Part shown: one piece after another, positions 10,329 to 18,399 of the stretch
Position numbering within the stretch: position 1 is the stretch's first letter
Layout of the letters: every line of letters begins with the position of its first letter
DNA from: a virus
Taxonomy: Duplodnaviria > Caudoviricetes
IMG/VR virus record: IMGVR_UViG_3300025607_000008
Location: 1-24,378 of that record
DNA length: 24,378 nt
Reading direction: 5' to 3' (one strand)
The notes under the pieces: model-generated
What the model saw: only the letters and a program-made list of their open reading frames with translations
Databases searched by the model: none
Told to the model about the DNA's origin: nothing
Made by a program: the position numbers and the translations under genes

Positions 10329-10668
10329 TTTTTTTCCGTTGCTCGCTGATTGCTGATAAAAAGCCGCTTTCAATAAAGCGAATCTCTTCAAAAAGTAGTG
10401 GTTTTTTTTCTATTGGTACCGCGGTCATCGCCATGACTGACTGTAAAGCAGGATAATTTAGCCCTGTTACGCCTGACATGGTGACATTCCACTGGGTTTG
10501 ACACTGTTGAAACAAGTTGTAAGCTGGGTGGTTTTCGTCCCACAGCAAAAACTCGTCTGGTTGACTTTGTTTTTGCCAAAATGCTTCTGCATCGCCATTT
10601 AACTGAATAACATCCTTGTCATCTTCTAAATCTTGCTCGGTAATTTCAGCACTGTTGGAGCTAGCCAA
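10321..10668 (-). CDS. Tail assembly chaperone T-like segment (DUF1799-like), probably expressed as a frameshift fusion
   Basis: LWDENHPAYNLF..CQTQW..GVTGLNYPAL..EIRFIESGFL motif. Weak TTG start. In the -1 frame relative to the upstream chaperone, with no stop between the slippery site and this ORF. Confidence 0.8.
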   Translation of the reverse strand: MASSNSAEITEQDLEDDKDVIQLNGDAEAFWQKQSQPDEFLLWDENHPAYNLFQQCQTQWNVTMSGVTGLNYPALQSVMAMTAVPIEKKPLLFEEIRFIESGFLSAISEQRKKNG

Positions 10669-10685
10669 ATACTTACCGAGATCAA

Positions 10686-11039
10686 TTAGTTTTTTGCTTT
10701 TAATGCCTCGCGACCAACAATGACTTCCATGAACTTTTTGATTAATGGACGTCGAACGTATTCCATCTCTAACAGCTCTGGCAGAATGTCACTGCTGTAT
10801 TCTATTTTTGTTCCGTTATCATCAACTAACCCATCGATATTAATAATGTTTTCATGCAGCACCTGGTCGTCGTTCATGTCGCCTTTCGCTGAATCTTCAA
10901 GTAATTGCTTAGTCTCTGACACTGGGAGTTTTTTAAACTCGACAACAATGTCACATTGATTGCTTCTGCCTAAGTCTTTAGGTTCTTGAATGATGATTTT
11001 TTCTTTGATGCTAGTAACTGCTTTAATTTTAAAAGACAT
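10686..11039 (-). CDS. Tail assembly chaperone (lambda gpG-like)
   Basis: 117 aa, between tail tube and tape measure, ends ...AKN* on a slippery heptamer. Confidence 0.85.
   Translation of the reverse strand: MSFKIKAVTSIKEKIIIQEPKDLGRSNQCDIVVEFKKLPVSETKQLLEDSAKGDMNDDQVLHENIINIDGLVDDNGTKIEYSSDILPELLEMEYVRRPLIKKFMEVIVGREALKAKN
10689..10695 (-). other. Programmed -1 ribosomal frameshift site A AAA AAC
   Basis: GCA AAA AAC TAA in frame 0. The -1 frame reads on CTA ATT GAT CTC GGT AAG TAT TTG GCT into the 10668 ORF. Confidence 0.85.
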
Positions 11040-11141
11040 GTTTTTTCTCGCCGTTAGTAAATAGAATTAATAAATTATTTTTAGCCGTAGTAATTAAACG
11101 GTCAGACAACGCACGGCTAAACACGCTGCCCAACCTAAACC

Positions 11142-12083
11142 TTACTTAATTGTTAATATGAACTCGTCATCACCTGCATTTGGTACCAGCGATAAACCTA
11201 AGTTGTAATGAAGTTCACCATCACCGTCTTGTTCGCTAATGGTGGTTAACTGAACTTTAGGCGCATCAATCTGGACAATATTACCTGCTGTTGTGCCATG
11301 AATAAGCTGTAAGGCTTGCAGAGTAATGCCGTTATGGCTCTCAACTTCAGCAAAGAAGTTCTTAGTCGTAACATCTGGTGCTTGTACACTTGTAGAGCCC
11401 GTAGGCTTACGGTCGGTAACGATCACTTCGTTTTGATTTATTACGTTACGCGCTTTTACATCACTCGACATGTCAAAAGAAATACTTTCTGCGATGGGAC
11501 TATATGCGCCAATGGTTAACGATGTTTGCGTGTTTGAAATTGGTAGCGGATCTGCGAAAGCGGAATGATCAGCAGTGATAACAGAAACATCTGCAGGGCG
11601 TTTATAAAAACCAATAAACTTAAAGCTAATGGTTGGAATGCCCTCTTTAGATAAGCTGAAAGAGCATGAACCACGCGCACCTTTAACTTCGTGGATTTGA
11701 TTAGTGCCTGCATTGTTTCTTCGTAAATAGGCAAGAGTTACTGATTCATAACCCGACGATACAGGTTGATAAACAACGTCGGTACCAACATTGATAGTTT
11801 CACTAAAACCAGACGATCTTAATAAGCAACCGTAACCAGGTGCACTACCTGCAGTTTTGGCACCCGCCAATTCAATATCAAAGGTTATCTCAACAAAAGG
11901 ATTGGTATTAATTTGCTCGGTATTACCTAAGCTTGCTCTATCAGTATCTCGACCAATAGTATTACCACTATAGGGGTTGATCGTAAGGTTCTTCGTTAAC
12001 ATGGCTTCAGCGCCTGTTAATACACTTGCAGTCCCGTAGACTGCTTCAATTTTCGCTAAAAGCGTTTTTGCGCGAAATTTCAT
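11142..12083 (-). CDS. Major tail tube protein, 313 aa
   Basis: LLAKIEAVYG, FDIELAG..G.APGYG.LL..G, GARG, HGTTAGNIV and GDDEFILT motifs; sits just before the chaperone pair. Confidence 0.85.
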   Translation of the reverse strand: MKFRAKTLLAKIEAVYGTASVLTGAEAMLTKNLTINPYSGNTIGRDTDRASLGNTEQINTNPFVEITFDIELAGAKTAGSAPGYGCLLRSSGFSETINVGTDVVYQPVSSGYESVTLAYLRRNNAGTNQIHEVKGARGSCSFSLSKEGIPTISFKFIGFYKRPADVSVITADHSAFADPLPISNTQTSLTIGAYSPIAESISFDMSSDVKARNVINQNEVIVTDRKPTGSTSVQAPDVTTKNFFAEVESHNGITLQALQLIHGTTAGNIVQIDAPKVQLTTISEQDGDGELHYNLGLSLVPNAGDDEFILTIK

Positions 12084-12232
12084 TATTTATCTCCTGCTGT
12101 CTTAGTTTTGGCAGGAGACTTAGGGTTCGCTGCCGCTATTTTTTCACTGTGCAACAGAGTTGCTTGGGGTTTGGTTTGTTCCTTTAGGACGCGTTTATCG
12201 TCCTTAATTACGAAGCTACCGCCTGTATTCAT
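12083..12232 (-). CDS. Small tail-region protein, 49 aa (MNTGGSFVIKDDKRVLKEQTKP...AGDK); not in the ORF track
   Basis: AAGGTG RBS, ATG at 12232, and a TAA that overlaps the tail tube ATG (TAATG). Confidence 0.75.
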   Translation of the reverse strand: MNTGGSFVIKDDKRVLKEQTKPQATLLHSEKIAAANPKSPAKTKTAGDK

Positions 12233-12259
12233 GAGTTCACCTTGTTAATTTTTAGGTAT

Positions 12260-12283
12260 AAAAAAACCACTCAAAGGTGGTTT
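12260..12283 (-). terminator. Intrinsic terminator between the head-tail joining and tail tube genes
   Basis: Minus strand AAACCAC-CTTTGA-GTGGTTTTTTT. Confidence 0.65.
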
Positions 12284-12294
12284 ATGTGGTTTGC

Positions 12295-13029
12295 TTATGT
12301 GAATTGCTTAATCATGTGCGAGTCTTGATAGATTTCTCGCCAAATTCGCAAGCCTCCCTCACTTTCTAGGGGTGAACCTCGCGCAAATTGCATTTCAAAG
12401 TACTGCGGTGTTTGTTGAAACCCAAGCAGCTTATTTCTTACTACTGCTTGAAGCGCTGTAATATCATTACCTGCTGTTAAAATGGCAATGCCATAAGCAC
12501 TATTTATTCTTTGTTTAATTATGTTGTCATAATCACTTTCTTCACCATCTTCCCCTACGCAATAAACCAATAAGGCAGGGGTTTCTGCGTTAACGCCTGT
12601 GGCTGGAACGGTAAATGAAATTTCTAGATCTAAGCGATAACATTCACGATCAGGTTCGTAATCTTTTTGTTTGTCGATAATTTCAATGGCGTATGAACTT
12701 GTCACTAAGGCCGTAAGCAATTCTTTTGCTTTAACCGCGAGTAGCTGCTGTGACTTTTCACGTAATGAAACAATAAAAGTATCGACTTGGGTTAATAAGT
12801 GCTTTTCAAAGTATTGATTTTTACCACCAACAAGCATGTAAACGATGTTTGGGTAACTTGGGCTTTCAGGTAACTTTAACGAATGTACGTCTGAGGTAAC
12901 TGCTGACAAAACGATTGTTAATAATGCTTCAGTGTCAATTTGCGGGGTGGTAGATGCGCTACCCGCTTCACTGACTTGTTGGAATTCAGGGGCCGTTGCT
13001 AATTGATCAATAATTTTTTGTAAGCTCAT
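12295..13029 (-). CDS. Tail completion/terminator protein, double-domain (DUF3168-like domain within a second terminator-like domain)
   Basis: Follows the gp10-like gene. aa ~31-141 carry LP..PSYP.IVY and DYEPD...YRL; aa 150-244 carry TPALLVY, LLGFQ and GGLRIWREIY. Confidence 0.7.
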   Translation of the reverse strand: MSLQKIIDQLATAPEFQQVSEAGSASTTPQIDTEALLTIVLSAVTSDVHSLKLPESPSYPNIVYMLVGGKNQYFEKHLLTQVDTFIVSLREKSQQLLAVKAKELLTALVTSSYAIEIIDKQKDYEPDRECYRLDLEISFTVPATGVNAETPALLVYCVGEDGEESDYDNIIKQRINSAYGIAILTAGNDITALQAVVRNKLLGFQQTPQYFEMQFARGSPLESEGGLRIWREIYQDSHMIKQFT

Positions 13030-13535
13030 TGCGCTCTGATCCTATCTAGTGATTTAGCCATGCCTTTGTAAAACAACCCTTGTAAATTACTTTCGTTATC
13101 TTGTAGTGCATTAGCCATAAAGGGATTTGCTTTTATGCCAGGATGTTTTATTTTTCCTGAAGCGTATCCCGTAGGACCAATTTTTAATGGTTTATTATTT
13201 GATTGGATAACATGGGCTTTTACGCCATTTTCAACTAGGTTTGCTTTTCTTGATTGACTAAAACCGTTAACTTTTTTATTAGGCCCAACCAGAATAGCAA
13301 CATCATCTGCAGCAATGTTCATCCGTGATTTTTGGCGTTTATTTAATGATTTATGATTTATGCTCTGTGCTAAATAGCCTTGATCCTTTGGTGCCTTTGA
13401 TGCCATAGATTTTTTTAGCGGTTTACTTAACGCAACTAAACCGGATCGAACAACTTTATTCTTAACTGAATCTTCAAGTTCGTTTAATTCTTTCAGCAAT
13501 GTACTGAGTTCATGGCCTAAATTTAATGAGAACAT
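13026..13535 (-). CDS. HK97 gp10-family putative tail component
   Basis: APKDQGYLAQSI, LVENG..H and HPGIKANPFM motifs; syntenic position. Confidence 0.85.
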   Translation of the reverse strand: MFSLNLGHELSTLLKELNELEDSVKNKVVRSGLVALSKPLKKSMASKAPKDQGYLAQSINHKSLNKRQKSRMNIAADDVAILVGPNKKVNGFSQSRKANLVENGVKAHVIQSNNKPLKIGPTGYASGKIKHPGIKANPFMANALQDNESNLQGLFYKGMAKSLDRIRAQ

Positions 13536-13537
13536 GA

Positions 13538-13858
13538 TTAGCTTCGCTTTTCTGCATCAATAATTAATTCTTTACGGGTACCGAGTAAATCACGGCAACT
13601 GGTAATATCAAATTCAGTGCCGTTGAAGATCAAACGATTATCTTCACTGACGTTCTTTGTGTAGCGGATAAAAATGATTAACTTAACTTTACGGCTTTTA
13701 CCATGGTCACTGTCACTTTCATCGGTTTTCGGCTGCGTGACTTTGGCGCGTACAGTTTTAAGTGGTAGCCACTCTTCTTCTTTACCGTATTTCCCATCAA
13801 CCTTAGTACGTTGTAAGAAGGTTATTTTGTTGCGTAATTCGCCAGATTTTAACGCCAC
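13538..13858 (-). CDS. Head closure / head-tail adaptor (SPP1 gp16, HK97 gp7-like)
   Basis: SGELRNKITF, W.PLKTVRAKV, IFIRY and NGTEFDI motifs. Confidence 0.88.
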   Translation of the reverse strand: MALKSGELRNKITFLQRTKVDGKYGKEEEWLPLKTVRAKVTQPKTDESDSDHGKSRKVKLIIFIRYTKNVSEDNRLIFNGTEFDITSCRDLLGTRKELIIDAEKRS

Positions 13859-14199
13859 TAGCCAACCACCACTTCACTAAAACCAGACAAACAAGCCTTA
13901 AACGCTGGATTTTCTGATAAATCGACATCTAGATCTGATTCGCGATACGTGTAAAGTGTAGATAGCGCTAACATTATCGCGGCTTGTAATGCTGCTTGTT
14001 TTGACTTCTTAAGATCTTCAAAAACAATAGCGTTAACAGCATCAACCGGTACTTCAGCTTTTGTTTCATACAAGTCACGCTGAATTGCGTGTTCAACCAT
14101 GCCGATAGCAGCACTAGTAAACGTTGCGATAAGCAAGTCATCGTCACTTTCAGTCACGTTTAATTGTTCTTTTGCAGCTTCTAATGAAACTATTGGCAT
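13858..14199 (-). CDS. Head-tail connector protein (HK97 gp6-like)
   Basis: VSLEAAKEQLNV..DDDLLI...AA and AAIML..LYTYRE motifs. Confidence 0.9.
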   Translation of the reverse strand: MPIVSLEAAKEQLNVTESDDDLLIATFTSAAIGMVEHAIQRDLYETKAEVPVDAVNAIVFEDLKKSKQAALQAAIMLALSTLYTYRESDLDVDLSENPAFKACLSGFSEVVVG

Positions 14200-14221
14200 G
14201 ATAAAACCTTTGTAATAAGGG

Positions 14222-14246
14222 AAAAAGCCAGCTAATACTGGCTTTT
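14222..14246. terminator. Intrinsic terminator, potentially bidirectional
   Basis: AAAAGCCAG-CTAATA-CTGGCTTTT, with A/T tracts on both sides. Confidence 0.7.
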
Positions 14247-14270
14247 CGTTTTACTATTTAGCAGTGTTAA

Positions 14271-14594
14271 CTACTCTTTTTCTTCTTGGTATGGTTTAGC
14301 AACCGCAGGCTTTAGCGCTAAGATATCTTTTGCAGCATCTGCATCAAACCCTGCAACATCACCATTAGCATATCGCTTGTGTGGTGCAATAAACTTCAGC
14401 ACAACTTTTTCTTGTTTTGATAATGACTCTTTCGATTCGTTTTCAACTAAAGATTCATCTAGAGTCTTTTTTTCTTCAACAAGTTCATCATGAAGAATAT
14501 TAAGTGCGTCTACATCGAGATCTTTTGTGATGACTTCTTTATCTAAGGCTGTAGCAAGAAGCAAGATAGCTTCAATTAATTGTTTTTTGTTCAT
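14271..14594 (-). CDS. Hypothetical head-associated protein, 107 aa
   Basis: Between capsid and connector, GGGA RBS. Helical N-terminus and a KFIAPHKRYANGDVAGFD C-terminal module. Confidence 0.7.
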   Translation of the reverse strand: MNKKQLIEAILLLATALDKEVITKDLDVDALNILHDELVEEKKTLDESLVENESKESLSKQEKVVLKFIAPHKRYANGDVAGFDADAAKDILALKPAVAKPYQEEKE

Positions 14595-14605
14595 GAAATT
14601 TTCCC

Positions 14606-14642
14606 TAGTTACACCACTTTAGTTAATTCAGTGGTGTAACTA
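14606..14642. repeat. Perfect 13-bp inverted repeat downstream of the capsid gene
   Basis: TAGTTACACCACT (14606-14618), 11-nt loop, AGTGGTGTAACTA (14630-14642). No U-tract. Confidence 0.85.
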
Positions 14643-14670
14643 TTAAATGAATGTCAGGGTTAAATACTGC

Positions 14671-15951
14671 TTACCAAGTAATTTTAGTACCTAGTTGCAA
14701 GCCTTCTAAATGACGGAAACCAATATCATTACCCGTTACAACACGAAGTACTGATTGATTGCGTGAGTAAGCTGAAACGAGTGTACCTGTTGAGTCGTTG
14801 TACGTTGCTTCACGGCTAAAGTCGATGGTGTAAACATCGGTTTCACCAATAATTACATCGTTCCAATCAGCAAAATAGATTTCTGTTTCGTTGGTGCCAG
14901 TACCAAGATTTACAGGAATGTTTGTTGTATGTTTGATAGGCCAGCCTTTTAAGAAGCCATTAGCCATTTCAGGGTAAACTTTATTATTATTACCATCACG
15001 CAAACCTTGCAGTTTCATGAATGAACGCGGTGATAATGCCCAACCACACATGATCATGTTCGAGTCTGATTGCATCAAACCTAAAATCAATGTATCAAGA
15101 TAAGCATCAATAGTGGCTAAATCTGCTGTACCACTCCAAGCAACAACTTGACCACCAGCAACAGCTGTAGCTTTAAAGCCAGTCGGTGTGTCACTCGTAC
15201 CATCATCGCGTAAAAACGCTTTGTCTTGACGGTTAGAGATTGCATTAATCATATCGTTCAAGAAAATACCTTCAACACGAATACCTGCTTGTCCAATTAA
15301 TTCGTTGGACATAGGCACGATAGACATTTGCGTCTTAGCCGCTAACTTCACATCATCAAGCGTAGCGCCTTCAGCGTTTTGCGGTGCATTTTCACCCTTA
15401 TAGCTTGAGTTAGCGCCACTTGCTAGTCGTGGCATTGTTAAGTTGCCATTAACTAGTGGAACAGTTTGTGCTCCAAGTGTACGAACAACTGATTTTGGTC
15501 GTAATAATTCAATAATGTCATTAGCAACATTTTCAGGAACTAATGCGCCACCCGAATTACTTGCTGTAGAAATAGCCAAGGCAACATCCGCATCACCAAT
15601 TTCATTAGCCGCAAATTTTTCAGCTAATACTAAGTCGTTTTCACCCGCTGCCATTGACATAGCAAAGCGAGCTAGTTTTGCTCCTGGGTAATCTTTTGCT
15701 ACTGATTTTGTATGAATAGCCGCACTAACTGCACTTGTTACAGGCTTCGCGGTAGTAATAGCCATTTTTTCTGCTTGCTCTGCGCGTGATATTTGACCAC
15801 CTAATTCATCGAACTTAGTTTGCATGCTTGCAAACTGCTCAAGATCTTCAGCGCTTAGTTTCTCGCCTTTATTTTCTTTGCTTGCTAATACTTGTACTTT
15901 TTCTGCAATCATTGCCTGATCGCGGCGTAGTTCTTCGATGCGTTTTAGCAT
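14671..15951 (-). CDS. Major capsid protein, HK97 fold
   Basis: N-terminal coiled-coil delta domain; SGGALVP..IIELLR, P.SNELI, FL.DDG...P.G, LRDGNN and FADW motifs. Confidence 0.95.
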   Translation of the reverse strand: MLKRIEELRRDQAMIAEKVQVLASKENKGEKLSAEDLEQFASMQTKFDELGGQISRAEQAEKMAITTAKPVTSAVSAAIHTKSVAKDYPGAKLARFAMSMAAGENDLVLAEKFAANEIGDADVALAISTASNSGGALVPENVANDIIELLRPKSVVRTLGAQTVPLVNGNLTMPRLASGANSSYKGENAPQNAEGATLDDVKLAAKTQMSIVPMSNELIGQAGIRVEGIFLNDMINAISNRQDKAFLRDDGTSDTPTGFKATAVAGGQVVAWSGTADLATIDAYLDTLILGLMQSDSNMIMCGWALSPRSFMKLQGLRDGNNNKVYPEMANGFLKGWPIKHTTNIPVNLGTGTNETEIYFADWNDVIIGETDVYTIDFSREATYNDSTGTLVSAYSRNQSVLRVVTGNDIGFRHLEGLQLGTKITW

Positions 15952-15974
15952 GGTGTTTACCTTATTTAAAGTAT

Positions 15975-16000
15975 AAAAAAAGGCCGCTCAATGCGACCTT
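15975..16000 (-). terminator. Terminator-like hairpin between the protease and capsid genes
   Basis: Minus strand AAGGTCGC-ATTGA-GCGGCCTTTTTTT. Confidence 0.7.
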
Positions 16001-16024
16001 ATTGTGGTTGACTCTGCCGCGAGG

Positions 16025-16972
16025 CTAGAGCTGTGATTGCATACGCATATGCGCTGCTTGGATTGAAATGCTTTGCTTTGGTATTGGCGTTTGATTTGCC
16101 AATACATGCTGAGTAATTTGATTGATAGCATCTTGTGGCGTTGCTAATCGATCTGCTAAGCCGAGCTCTATGCCTTTCTGCCCTTCAAAGCAATCTGCAT
16201 CAGTTGCTATAACAGCCTCTGCTGTCATACCTCTATATTTGGCTACCGCATTAATAAATTTTTGATAGGTGCTTTCCATGTTGCTTTCAATATTACTGCG
16301 TTCTTCTTCGCTTAACTCAGTGTCAGGATGGAAATCAATTTTACGAGCTCCACGATAAAAAGAGTGAATTTTCACACCTTGATCTTGGTAATATTGAGTC
16401 AGATCTAAACGTTTTGTGTAAACCCCAATTGAACCAACACCACTAGTGTCTGAAACGATTATTTCAGAACAAGCTGCAGCAATTAAATAAGCACCTGAAA
16501 AAGCGTTAAAATTAACAATGCAACGAATGGGTTTAATACTGCGCGACTGATAAATATATTCAGCTATTTCAAAAGCGCCTTGTGCATTACCGCCTCCAGA
16601 ATTGACATCAAGAACAATTTCACTGATCCCATCATCATTAAGCGCTTTTGTTAATTGCGTTCGTAGCAACTCATAACTCATCATTTCTTCACATGCTTCA
16701 ATTGAAAAACGACGAGGCACTAATATTCCATGAACAGGAATAACAGCGATGCTTTCGCCATGTTCAGGGCTACCAAGCTCAATAGTTTCAATATTACCTG
16801 CTGCCATTTGATGACCGCTATCAATGTGGTCAATTGAAGAACTCGCAATTTTATTCTGTAAGAAGGAAGTGACCGTATCAGCAAGTTGTGCAGTCGCTAG
16901 TAAAGGCACGTTAAATGCCATTTGTGCAATGTGTGAATAATTAATGATTTTTGGGCTTAATTGGTTGGACAT
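16025..16972 (-). CDS. Prohead maturation protease, S49 family
   Basis: IPVHGIL, LDVNSGGG, AFSGAYLIA, GVGSIGV and GLADRL motifs. Confidence 0.92.
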   Translation of the reverse strand: MSNQLSPKIINYSHIAQMAFNVPLLATAQLADTVTSFLQNKIASSSIDHIDSGHQMAAGNIETIELGSPEHGESIAVIPVHGILVPRRFSIEACEEMMSYELLRTQLTKALNDDGISEIVLDVNSGGGNAQGAFEIAEYIYQSRSIKPIRCIVNFNAFSGAYLIAAACSEIIVSDTSGVGSIGVYTKRLDLTQYYQDQGVKIHSFYRGARKIDFHPDTELSEEERSNIESNMESTYQKFINAVAKYRGMTAEAVIATDADCFEGQKGIELGLADRLATPQDAINQITQHVLANQTPIPKQSISIQAAHMRMQSQL

Positions 16973-18216
16973 AGTATTTGTTTAACCTCTGCTATACGTT
17001 CAGATGAAGCGCTTGTTATTTTGTTGTGTACCTCTAAATTCTTAGAGTCGACCATATTTAAAGGTGTTAAGTACGTTTCCCCACCAGTTACTGGTGGGAG
17101 ATTTTCAAGACGTCTAATATCATTTACCGATAACCAACCCCATTGACGTGCAATAGCATAAGCATCGTAGCGAGATTTCATATCACCGCGAATCAAGCCG
17201 GCAACATTAAACTCAATGAAATATTCTTTACGCTCGGATGGTAAAAGCAAATCTCTACGCATGGCTGATTCCCATCGCTTAAGCCATGGCATCAAACCAA
17301 AAACAACATAATTTAATGATTGTTGCTCTATTGATTTATACGATTCACCAGCGCTTTCACTTAACATTGACAAAGGAACACCATACAAACGAGACATGTC
17401 AGCAACTGACATCCCCCTCGCTTCTACAAGTTGAGCTTGGTCGTTATTCATTGCCATTTGTTTATATGTCATGCCCTCTTGAAGCATGGCAACGCTAAAC
17501 ATATTACGAAGCCCTGAGTGTTTACCTACAAATGAATTAACAACAGTATCGATACCACTTTGCGTCTTAATTGATCCTGCATCTTTAGGGCGTTCAATAA
17601 CGCCTGACAGAGTTGTACCATTTGAGAATACTTTTGATGCATGCTCTTCTACAGCTATTGATAAACCAATAGTGTCAGGACTTGTTTGTAAAGGGGATAA
17701 CCCTTGAAATCCATCCATCGAAAACGCTTTGACATGGTGAACCATGCGCATTGGTAACGTTTTATTTTCTTCGATTAAATGGTAGTAGGGTAAACCATCA
17801 TTACCTTTTAATATTTGTACTTTGTCTCGATGAATAGGAATTAATTCGGTGATGTTGGCTTTATTGTCCCGCTCAATTAATGCAATATGATTACCGTTTA
17901 AACCAAGAAATCCTTGTGCTGTTTCGAAATATTCAAAACTAGAGTCTTTTTGATTTGGTTGGTTATGCAATATGTCATATAGCGGATGTGCAACTGCTTT
18001 TTCTCTTTGATCACCATTGCGCTTATACACCTCACAAGGCAATTGTGCGACAGATTCAGCTAGTAAAGTTACACATCGACGCAAGGCAGACTGACTTAAC
18101 GCTGTCTTAGGATCAACGATTACGCCAGACTTAGAATAAGTAGCACTTCCTGATCCAAACATGCTGAAATTACTAGCGCTATTATCTGAGCCACCAAAAA
18201 GTCCTGAGAAAAACAT
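16957..18216 (-). CDS. Portal protein, HK97 family
   Basis: LAESVAQLP, HPLYDILH.QPN, DGFQGLSP, LQEGM, IEQQSL.Y and NDIRRLENLPP..GG motifs. Confidence 0.95.
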   Translation of the reverse strand: MFFSGLFGGSDNSASNFSMFGSGSATYSKSGVIVDPKTALSQSALRRCVTLLAESVAQLPCEVYKRNGDQREKAVAHPLYDILHNQPNQKDSSFEYFETAQGFLGLNGNHIALIERDNKANITELIPIHRDKVQILKGNDGLPYYHLIEENKTLPMRMVHHVKAFSMDGFQGLSPLQTSPDTIGLSIAVEEHASKVFSNGTTLSGVIERPKDAGSIKTQSGIDTVVNSFVGKHSGLRNMFSVAMLQEGMTYKQMAMNNDQAQLVEARGMSVADMSRLYGVPLSMLSESAGESYKSIEQQSLNYVVFGLMPWLKRWESAMRRDLLLPSERKEYFIEFNVAGLIRGDMKSRYDAYAIARQWGWLSVNDIRRLENLPPVTGGETYLTPLNMVDSKNLEVHNKITSASSERIAEVKQILCPTN

Positions 18217-18219
18217 AGC

Positions 18220-18399
18220 CTACTTCTTATTTTTTTTTAGTTTATTAAGTGCATTTGCGCGTGCGAACAAATATGAGAAACCAATGAGTGCTATACCCAT
18301 GGTTATAAAACCAAAATGAGGGGCTATTAAATAAGCACCATATGATAATAAAAAAATTCCAACTAGGCCCAATAAGCCACTAATCAAATCTGCTAGCAT
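18220..18399 (-). CDS. Small two-TM membrane protein between terL and portal, 59 aa ([59 protein letters not shown]); not in the ORF track
   Basis: Translated by hand. ATG overlaps the terL end, TAG lies 3 nt before the portal ATG. Two hydrophobic helices and a basic tail. Confidence 0.8.
   Translation of the reverse strand: MLADLISGLLGLVGIFLLSYGAYLIAPHFGFITMGIALIGFSYLFARANALNKLKKNKK

Noticed and set aside
10329-10391. ORF-track N-terminal extension of the tape measure protein
   Set aside because: It overlaps the upstream gene by about 70 nt; the ATG at 10328 gives a typical start with only a short overlap.
2854-11734. Nested minus-strand alternative-frame ORFs 2854-3045, 10388-10579 and 11516-11734
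   Set aside because: Each lies entirely inside a well-supported gene. 2854-3045 has a hydrophobic stretch but no lipobox Cys and is far from the lysis cassette.
18230-18238. Homopolymer runs (e.g. T9 here and at 10328-10336) as phase-variation or frameshift sites
   Set aside because: Reading frames are intact and such runs are expected from Lys codons in AT-rich DNA.
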